Part shown: positions 56,936 through 64,000 of the stretch, piece after piece | How the letters are laid out: each line of letters starts with the position of its first letter | Position numbering within the stretch: the stretch's first letter is position 1 | The notes under the pieces: model-generated | Databases searched by the model: none | Seen by the model: only the letters and a program-made list of their open reading frames with translations | What the model was told of the DNA's origin: nothing | Made by a program: the position numbers and the translations under genes | From: a virus | IMG/VR virus record: IMGVR_UViG_3300005573_000004 | Span: 1-64,000 of that record | Direction: 5' to 3' (one strand) | Length of the DNA stretch: 64,000 bases

Positions 56936-59440
56936 ATGTTTGAAAATTTCAAATGTGAAAAATGTGAGCTTCATAAAGTAAAATTGAATTATGTATTACC
57001 ACACGGTAATATTAACGGTCGTATTCTAATCATAGGTGAAGCTCCAGGGCGTGAAGAAGATAGAGAGGGAAAGCCGTTTGTAGGTCCTTCTGGGGCTTTA
57101 TTACGTGAAGCTTTAGACAAAGCAGGCATTTCAATTTCAGACATTAATATTACAAACACAATAATGTGTAGGCCGCCGAATAATCGTCAGCCTATGAAAG
57201 AAGAATTAGAAGCGTGTAAAGAACACTGGCAAGCTGTTATTGCTGCAATGCCTAATCTTCAATTGATTATTCTTTTGGGTGCTATTGCGGTTCAAGCTGT
57301 GCTCAAACAGAAAAATATTATGGACAAACGTGGGACAATAATTAAGAAAGACGGAAGAGATTTTCTTCCAATTTTACATCCTGCAGCAATTTTAAGAGAT
57401 CCAAACAAGAAAGAGATGTTCTTTAGAGATTTTGTTTTTGCGAAAAATTATATTGAAAAATCCTTCCAAGTCGGAGAATATAAACTTTGCAATACTCTTG
57501 AACTAGCTAATAATGCTCTTGATCTTATTCAGGATAAAGAATATATAGCATTTGATATTGAGACATCTGCTATAGATGAGGATGAACCGAATTTAGCAAA
57601 TGATGAGATTATTGGAGTATCATTTACCTCAGAGCCATATAGGGGTTATTATATTCCATTTATTAGTGCTAACACCCAAGTTTTTTCAGATGAGCAAAAA
57701 ACTCATATTGTAAATAGACTACGTGATATACTTACGCATCCGAAAAAGAAATTGATATTGCATAATGGAAAATTTGATGCTAACTTTTTGAAGGCAAAAT
57801 TTAACATAGATATTGTAAAATTTTTTAAAAGAGACGATGGTTCTTTAGGAACAAATTTATATTTTGATACTATGCTTGCTCATCATTTACTTTGGCAAGC
57901 TCCACCACACGGGTTAAAATTCTTATCTAGAATTTATCCAGATTTAGCATATTATGAATCAGAACTCAAGGAGTATAAAGACAAAAATAAGATTAAGAAT
58001 TATGCTATGATTCCACAAGACGTTATGTATAAATATGCAGCTACTGATGCTGATGCGACGATACGTTTATTTTATAAATATTGGGAAGAGCTTTCCCAGA
58101 AAAATTTGCTTGGGCTCTTTTTTACTGCTGTTATGCCTTTAGTTCCTGTTTTATGTCAAGCAGAATATTATGGAGCTAAAATAGATAAAAAGGCGTTATT
58201 GGATTTAAAAGTTATTTTAGAAAACAAGATAAAAACTTTAGAAAAAGAAATTTATGAATTAGCTGGAGAGGAATTTAATATTAACTCCCCAATTCAAAAG
58301 GCAAAAATTTTATACGAAAAATTAGGTATTCCGAAACCGAAGAATAGAACCAAAAAGAGTGGGAGTCTTCCTACTGATAAAGAAACTTTATCAAAGATTG
58401 ACCATCCTATTGTTACAAAGTTGATAGAATATGCTCACGAAACTAAAATGAAATCTACATATGTTGATAGTTTATTAGAAAAAGCAGATCGTTTAGACAG
58501 AATCCATACTAATTATAAACAGCACGGAACAGCCACTGGGCGTCTGAGTTCATCCCAGCCTAATTTACAAAATATTCCTGCTGAGAAACAATATCGTCAA
58601 ATCTTTATATCTGAAAAAGGATATTCATTGGTAGGTTCAGATTTTTCTCAGATAGAATTAAGAGTTTTGGCTAGAGTATCACAGGATCCGAAATTATTAC
58701 AAGCATTTATGAACGGAGAAGATATTCACGACCAAGTAGCAAGAGAAATTTTTAATATTCCTCCGGAAGAAAAAGTTCCCAAAGATATACGTCGTGTAGC
58801 TAAAACTATTAATTTTGGAATTGTATATGGTATTCAAGCCCAAGCTCTTTCAAAGCAAATTAATAGTGACGAAGGTACTGCTCAGGAATATATTAATAGA
58901 TATTTATACAAATATCGTAAGGTTGCAGAGTTCCAGGAATATATTAAGGCTTTTGTACGTGAGCATAAATTTGTAAAGAATATTTTTGGACGTATACATC
59001 ATATTCCAGAAATAGATTCTCCAGATAGATTTATTCAGGGTGAAGCAGAACGAACAGCTTTAAATAGTCCTATTCAAGGAAGTGCAGCAGAAATAACTAA
59101 TGCAAGTGCAGTTCAAATATATTTAGCTTTTGAAAGAGAAAATATTGATGCAAAACTTGTGTTGACTGTACACGACGAGCTTGTATATGAAGTAAAGAAT
59201 GAACAAGTAATTAGAGCAGCTACAATAATTTATAATACTATGAGGTCTATTGCGGAACATCATCTTAAAATACCAGTTCCAGTTGATCAATATGTAAATG
59301 ACAAATGGCTGGAACACGATATTGATGATCATAAATTTCCAGCTTTACATCAAGCAAGATATTTACGTAAGATAGGAATTAAGGCTCGTGATTTTTATAA
59401 TATTCCGAAGGGATATATATCTGCAATTCCCAGAGGATGA
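56936..59440 (+). CDS. polA: family A DNA polymerase with N-terminal family-4 uracil-DNA glycosylase and 3'-5' exonuclease
   Basis: C..C.L, GEAPG, PFVG.SG, CRPP.NR, HPA; FDIET, HN.KFD, YA..D; TGRLSS..PNLQN, DFSQIELR, R..AK..NFG..YG, VHDE. Confidence 0.95.
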   Translation: MFENFKCEKCELHKVKLNYVLPHGNINGRILIIGEAPGREEDREGKPFVGPSGALLREALDKAGISISDINITNTIMCRPPNNRQPMKEELEACKEHWQAVIAAMPNLQLIILLGAIAVQAVLKQKNIMDKRGTIIKKDGRDFLPILHPAAILRDPNKKEMFFRDFVFAKNYIEKSFQVGEYKLCNTLELANNALDLIQDKEYIAFDIETSAIDEDEPNLANDEIIGVSFTSEPYRGYYIPFISANTQVFSDEQKTHIVNRLRDILTHPKKKLILHNGKFDANFLKAKFNIDIVKFFKRDDGSLGTNLYFDTMLAHHLLWQAPPHGLKFLSRIYPDLAYYESELKEYKDKNKIKNYAMIPQDVMYKYAATDADATIRLFYKYWEELSQKNLLGLFFTAVMPLVPVLCQAEYYGAKIDKKALLDLKVILENKIKTLEKEIYELAGEEFNINSPIQKAKILYEKLGIPKPKNRTKKSGSLPTDKETLSKIDHPIVTKLIEYAHETKMKSTYVDSLLEKADRLDRIHTNYKQHGTATGRLSSSQPNLQNIPAEKQYRQIFISEKGYSLVGSDFSQIELRVLARVSQDPKLLQAFMNGEDIHDQVAREIFNIPPEEKVPKDIRRVAKTINFGIVYGIQAQALSKQINSDEGTAQEYINRYLYKYRKVAEFQEYIKAFVREHKFVKNIFGRIHHIPEIDSPDRFIQGEAERTALNSPIQGSAAEITNASAVQIYLAFERENIDAKLVLTVHDELVYEVKNEQVIRAATIIYNTMRSIAEHHLKIPVPVDQYVNDKWLEHDIDDHKFPALHQARYLRKIGIKARDFYNIPKGYISAIPRG

Positions 59441-59509
59441 AGGAGGTGAATAATTTGTTTTTTGCAGAACGTCGTTTCGACGTAAAAATCTATTTTAGGA
59501 GGTTCAACT

Positions 59510-60433
59510 ATGGCATCGTGGGATGATCCAAGAGCTGTACAAGCAGCACATCAAGGTCCGAGAGAACAGTTGTTTTTAAGTCTCAAAGAAGATTTACGCG
59601 TTAGGGTTATTGGTGCACCAGAATTTTTTGAAAGACATTGGGTAAGTAGTCGTACAGGCAAATATGTCGGTATTAGATGTCCAGGTGCTTCACACTGCCC
59701 TGTTTGTGCGATGGGAGACAAACCAAGACTGAGAGCTATTTTGCCAGTTTTAGACAGAAAGACTAACAAGGTAAGATTATTAGACGCTCCTCAAATCATC
59801 ATTGGCTATTTGAAAGCATTAAAAGATGGAGAATGGGGAGACTTGTCTGGATATGACGTTGTTATTCAACGTGTCCAAGTTGGTAAGAAAACTGACTATC
59901 AGGTAACGCCACAACCATCAAGAACTCCGTTAACGGAAGCAGATAAAGCTGAGATTAATAGATTTTTTGAAACTGTAGACTATAAGAAATATGCACAGCC
60001 ACATACGATTGAAGAAGCGTTAGCACTTTTAAATGGTCAGCAATTACCAAGTAAGAGACCAGAAACGATTTCATATACCGGAGAACCAGCACGTATGCAG
60101 ACAGCATATACTAATGCATATGTACCTCAGGCACCAGCACCAGCGTATATTCCTCCAAATTATTCGCAGTCTCAGACTGTTGCTACTCCAATGGCACCGC
60201 AGATGCAGGCACCTGCACCACAGACTGGGGCTCCAATTTCATCAGGTACGCCAAATATACCAAATACACAGCCAGGAACGAACGCACAGCCGTCGTATGT
60301 TCCACCAGCACCAGCTAATACGCCTAATACAGTTACAGATCAATTAATTCAACAATTTTTGCCACAGGGGTATCCGTCATCACCTCCGATACCTCCGTCT
60401 CTTTCATCTCCTCCCAATTCCGGCTTGAGGTGA
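59510..60433 (+). CDS. single-stranded DNA-binding protein (gp32-like, Zn-binding) with Pro-rich tail
   Basis: RHW...CPG...CPVC, GYDV.I.R....T.Y.V.P; located between polA and resolvase. Confidence 0.65.
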   Translation: MASWDDPRAVQAAHQGPREQLFLSLKEDLRVRVIGAPEFFERHWVSSRTGKYVGIRCPGASHCPVCAMGDKPRLRAILPVLDRKTNKVRLLDAPQIIIGYLKALKDGEWGDLSGYDVVIQRVQVGKKTDYQVTPQPSRTPLTEADKAEINRFFETVDYKKYAQPHTIEEALALLNGQQLPSKRPETISYTGEPARMQTAYTNAYVPQAPAPAYIPPNYSQSQTVATPMAPQMQAPAPQTGAPISSGTPNIPNTQPGTNAQPSYVPPAPANTPNTVTDQLIQQFLPQGYPSSPPIPPSLSSPPNSGLR

Positions 60434-60442
60434 TTTGATTTC

Positions 60443-60478
60443 ATTAGAGGCTCCGGCTTTTTCGTCGGAGCCTCTAAT
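60443..60478 (+). terminator. stem-loop after the SSB gene (terminator or processing site)
   Basis: ATTAGAGGCTCCG...CGGAGCCTCTAAT. Confidence 0.5.
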
Positions 60479-60493
60479 AACTTAGGAGAAATT

Positions 60494-60976
60494 ATGAAAT
60501 CACTTGGATTAGATATATCACAGACTTCTACAGGTTGGGCTGTTTTACAAGACCGTTCGTTGGTTGACTATGGTTATTTTCAATTTAATAAAAATAACCG
60601 TTTAGGAGACAATCTTCTTTTGTTTTATAGTTATTTGGAGACTATAGTAACAAAGCATCCAGATTTAGATTTTATTTGTATTGAAGATACGTTCTTTGGT
60701 AAAAATATTAAAACATTAAAACTCTTGACTAGATATAGTGGTGTAGCGATAGTAGCTTGTCGTAAATTATTGCCTAAAGCTCGTATATTAGTTTTGACAG
60801 TTGCATCTATTCGTTCTGCATATTTTCCTGGGCGGAAACTTGACAAAGATGAAGTTTATAAGTATATTTGTACTGACTATAAATTAGGTAATATTCCAGA
60901 TGATGTAACAGATGCAATTGCAGTTGCATCATTTCCATTTTTAGGAAAGAAGATTGATAAAAAATGGGAGATATGA
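60494..60976 (+). CDS. RuvC-like Holliday junction resolvase
   Basis: LGLDIS..STGWAV, ICIED.F, DD.TDAIAVA. Confidence 0.85.
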   Translation: MKSLGLDISQTSTGWAVLQDRSLVDYGYFQFNKNNRLGDNLLLFYSYLETIVTKHPDLDFICIEDTFFGKNIKTLKLLTRYSGVAIVACRKLLPKARILVLTVASIRSAYFPGRKLDKDEVYKYICTDYKLGNIPDDVTDAIAVASFPFLGKKIDKKWEI

Positions 60977-61263
60977 AACAGAATAAAGTTTGGATAGTTG
61001 GCAATGGAATGATAATTGACACTGGATATATGACTGAATCTGAAGTTAACGAGTTTTATAAGATGTCTTCTGACGCTCGTAAATTGTTTATTGAGGAATA
61101 TATTGCAAAGTTTCCAAAAGCTTTTATTAATACAGCTGGATTTTGTACTCTTAGGAGAAAGCATATGAGTGAAAAAGACTGTATAGCTTGTGCTAGGGCA
61201 CAAGGTATGACAAAATTAGCAGAATTTAATGTATGTAGAAGTCAACATCTTAGTAGACCCTGA
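60964..61263 (+). CDS. Cys-rich hypothetical protein
   Basis: Packed ORF with four Cys. Confidence 0.5.
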   Translation: MGDMKQNKVWIVGNGMIIDTGYMTESEVNEFYKMSSDARKLFIEEYIAKFPKAFINTAGFCTLRRKHMSEKDCIACARAQGMTKLAEFNVCRSQHLSRP

Positions 61264-61276
61264 AGGAGGTTAAATT

Positions 61277-62428
61277 ATGACTAGTAAAAAGAAAATATCA
61301 GAGGCCAAAACAAACTCAAAAGTTGATAATGCCGTAAATTCAGATCTGAGAAAACGTATGGAAGCAGCAAATGCTAAACTTAATAAAATTATTCAAAAAG
61401 ATAATTTACCAGTAATTGACGATGAAGTAGAAGGCTCACAGGATTTAAGTATCCCATTATTTTCTACTGGTATATTAGCTCTTGATAGGGCTCTTTCTGG
61501 TGGAATGCCGATGGGACGTATTACTGAATTGTATGGTGAAGAAGGCAGTGGAAAATCTCTTATTTCATTAATGGCGATTGCAGAAACTCAAAAAAATGGA
61601 GGACGTTGTCTATTATTTGATGCTGAATCTTCGTATGATCCTATTTGGGCAGCAAAGTTAGGAGTTAATACAAAAGAGCTTATGGTATCAGATGCTAACA
61701 TAGCTGAAGATGTTTTTAAAATTATTCAGACTTATGCAGAAGAAAAATTAGTTAATTTAGTTGTAATAGATAGTATAGCTAGTTTAACTACGTTAGATAT
61801 TATGAATAGCGAACTTGGAGCTGCAAAGTATGCTTCTCTAGCTGGTGTTTTATCTAGGATACTTCCAGTTTTATTAAAATATTTAAAACGTAATAATGTT
61901 TCACTTATAGTGGTAAACCAAGTTCGTGATGCTATTGGATCCTATACGCCTATGTTACGTACTCCTGGTGGAAGGAGTTTAAAACATTTATATCATACGA
62001 GAATTAAAGTATTTAAAGCTGGAAGTTCCAAATTGTTAAAAGATGGAGACACGGTAAGAGGAGTTGAAATTGAAACACAAGTTACCAAACATAGAGGTGG
62101 ACCAAATTATCTTGGAGCGACTTTTAGGATAGATTATAACAATGGTTTTGATTATGTTTATGATTTAGTTAGTTTTTTACTTGCAACTGGACATATAACT
62201 AAAAATGGAGCATTCTATACTTATTCTAATCAGAAATATCAAGGTTTAGAGAACCTTATGGATGCATTTCGCAAGGATCCAGCTGCGTTTAAAGCTGGAA
62301 TTGAATTTGCTAAAGAGATTTTAAAATCAGAAGCTGGAAATAAAAATGTGATTCCATCAGTTCCAACTGATAAAGATTTAGTAGAACCTATAGATGTGTC
62401 AGGAGATAATGATGAATCAAATGACTAA
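61277..62428 (+). CDS. recA: RecA/UvsX recombinase
   Basis: STG...LD.AL.GG.P.GRI.E.YG.E.SGK, DAE, IDSIA, NQVR, TPGG..LK. Confidence 0.95.
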   Translation: MTSKKKISEAKTNSKVDNAVNSDLRKRMEAANAKLNKIIQKDNLPVIDDEVEGSQDLSIPLFSTGILALDRALSGGMPMGRITELYGEEGSGKSLISLMAIAETQKNGGRCLLFDAESSYDPIWAAKLGVNTKELMVSDANIAEDVFKIIQTYAEEKLVNLVVIDSIASLTTLDIMNSELGAAKYASLAGVLSRILPVLLKYLKRNNVSLIVVNQVRDAIGSYTPMLRTPGGRSLKHLYHTRIKVFKAGSSKLLKDGDTVRGVEIETQVTKHRGGPNYLGATFRIDYNNGFDYVYDLVSFLLATGHITKNGAFYTYSNQKYQGLENLMDAFRKDPAAFKAGIEFAKEILKSEAGNKNVIPSVPTDKDLVEPIDVSGDNDESND

Positions 62429-63059
62429 TATAGTCCAAAGCCTTCCTCCAACTTTGTTGGATGTTAGTCTTGAGCATAAGTATGAAGGAAGTTATTTTGA
62501 ACAGCGTGGTGTTTCAAAAGAAATTTTTCAAAAATTTAATTTAGGTACAGTAGTTTCGGCTATTAATACTCTGCCCTCATCTGTTATTGGATCACCCGCA
62601 TTTCCTGTATACGATGAAAGTGGCTATTTTGTTGGTTGGATCTTTAGACCAGGACATCAAGATTTTAAATATAGATATCATGGTTTAAAGACGTTTGATT
62701 ATGTTTATGGTTTAATTCATGCTATTCCGGCAATTATTAGAGAAGGATCTGTTATTATTGTTGAAGGACCTTTTGATGTGTTGCTTGCTCATTCTGCCGG
62801 AATAGAAAACGTCATAGCAGTTCTTGGAGCACATATTTCTGTTAACCAAATTTTGTTGTTAGGATCGTATACTAATAAATTTATTTTTGCATTAGATTCA
62901 GACAAAGCAGGGTTGGAAGGAATGGACAGAAGTATACAATTAGTTAATAAAATATTACCGGAGGTATCTACCGATCGTATGCTGCTTTATCCGTATAAGG
63001 ATTTTGCAGACTACGCATTGGCAAAAATAAAAAATGAAAAAGAGACACAAAAACACTAA
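62394..63059 (+). CDS. DnaG-type primase catalytic core (TOPRIM) lacking a Zn-binding domain
   Basis: F..RG, FP......G, IVEG.FD, A.LG, LDSD.AG, KD. Confidence 0.85.
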   Translation: MCQEIMMNQMTNIVQSLPPTLLDVSLEHKYEGSYFEQRGVSKEIFQKFNLGTVVSAINTLPSSVIGSPAFPVYDESGYFVGWIFRPGHQDFKYRYHGLKTFDYVYGLIHAIPAIIREGSVIIVEGPFDVLLAHSAGIENVIAVLGAHISVNQILLLGSYTNKFIFALDSDKAGLEGMDRSIQLVNKILPEVSTDRMLLYPYKDFADYALAKIKNEKETQKH

Positions 63060-63528
63060 AAGTACTAGAAGTATTAGAAAAATAAAGAATGAGACCGACG
63101 ATATACGTAATTCAAAAGAAATATTTTTATCTGATTATTTAGAAGATGAAAAATTACCACTAGAGTTTTTTACACAAAAATTTGTCACAGAGATGGAGCC
63201 ATTTAACGAAGCTATAGAAGTATATAAATCTAATTTGTTATATGTAATGATGGATTTAATTTCGACAGAAATTATGCGTTTGACTGCGGCACAAAGGGAA
63301 GTAATTATTCGTTATTTTTTTAATTCAGAATCTATAAGGATGATTGCTAAGTGTCTTAATAAGGATCTAAGCAGTGTTAGGGATTTAAAATCAAGAGCAC
63401 TTAAAACTTTACGCAGGCGTTTATCTGAAAATCCATATTTTATGCAATTATTTAAGGAGTATCAAGAAGGCGACCCTAAATTATCTATACTAATAGAGAT
63501 AGAAAAATTTTTAGAAAAAAATGTCTAA
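63034..63528 (+). CDS. sigma-70 region-4 HTH protein
   Basis: LT..QREVI..YFF...S...IA..L......V......AL..LR. Confidence 0.78.
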   Translation: MKKRHKNTKSTRSIRKIKNETDDIRNSKEIFLSDYLEDEKLPLEFFTQKFVTEMEPFNEAIEVYKSNLLYVMMDLISTEIMRLTAAQREVIIRYFFNSESIRMIAKCLNKDLSSVRDLKSRALKTLRRRLSENPYFMQLFKEYQEGDPKLSILIEIEKFLEKNV

Positions 63529-63579
63529 AACCCACCCACACCCCCACCCTAATATATAATAGGACCATAAGGAGTCTCT

Positions 63580-64000
63580 ATGCTTTTAGGAAGAGAAAAT
63601 AAAAGAGATTTTGACCATATAATTAATGTTTTAGATATATTGGACCATAAAACTGATGGTAGATATAGACATAGTATAGACAGAATAAAAGAAATATTAC
63701 AGGAATTAGATAAAAATTTAAGTGAAGAAGTAGATCTTCGTTCTACTCTTGAAAAGTTTCGTAGTAAAGGTTTTAAGGTTTCAAAGTATTTAACAACTTC
63801 TTTTTCAGATCCTAATAGTATGATGAGGAAACTTAATAAACTCTGTGATGAACTTAAAGAACTTGATAAAATAGTAATGGCATATAATAATTTAAAACGA
63901 GAATTAAAAGAAACTGAAACTGCGAAACGATTAGAATCCATTATGTATGATCCGGAAAAAATAATGGAGGCTAAATCGCTTTGGCATAAATTAAATAAAT
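63580..64000 (+). CDS. hypothetical protein, truncated by the window end
   Basis: AAGGAG RBS then MLLGRENKRDFDH..., runs to the window edge. Confidence 0.6.
   Translation, partial: MLLGRENKRDFDHIINVLDILDHKTDGRYRHSIDRIKEILQELDKNLSEEVDLRSTLEKFRSKGFKVSKYLTTSFSDPNSMMRKLNKLCDELKELDKIVMAYNNLKRELKETETAKRLESIMYDPEKIMEAKSLWHKLNK

Overview
A 64-kb segment of a large, AT-rich dsDNA bacteriophage. Its host is probably an anaerobe, judging from class III RNR and strong AAGGAGGTG RBSs. No structural genes are recognisable here. Genes from 1 to ~51.8 kb are on the minus strand and genes from 52.4 kb are on the plus strand. (1) 0.8-25 kb is an accessory/early region. It holds 11 ankyrin-repeat genes that all share a ~40-aa N-terminal module, a 4-member paralog family, a MoxR AAA+/HExxH-vWA pair, a Csx20-like ring-nuclease homolog with two divergent paralogs, and a SAM decarboxylase. 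(2) 15-23.5 kb carries about 25 H-type pseudoknot elements with compensatory base changes, placed before RBSs and after stop codons of small duplicated genes. Next to them are an AT-only tract, 49-bp repeats and a head-to-tail DnaA-box array. (3) 25-50 kb holds DNA metabolism and accessory genes: macro domain, GT4, methyltransferase, Cas4/AddB-like nuclease, SbcCD, patatin, GroEL/ES, DUF5664, tRNA-Arg, NrdG, intein-containing NrdD, DnaB, DnaC-like loader and SNF2 helicase. (4) At the strand switch, a solo tnpB lies between two ~142-bp direct repeats, and its predicted guide matches the second repeat. (5) 52-64 kb holds a UDG-PolA fusion, SSB, RuvC, RecA, TOPRIM primase and a sigma region-4 protein. 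All family assignments come from recognising motifs by eye; no database searches were run.
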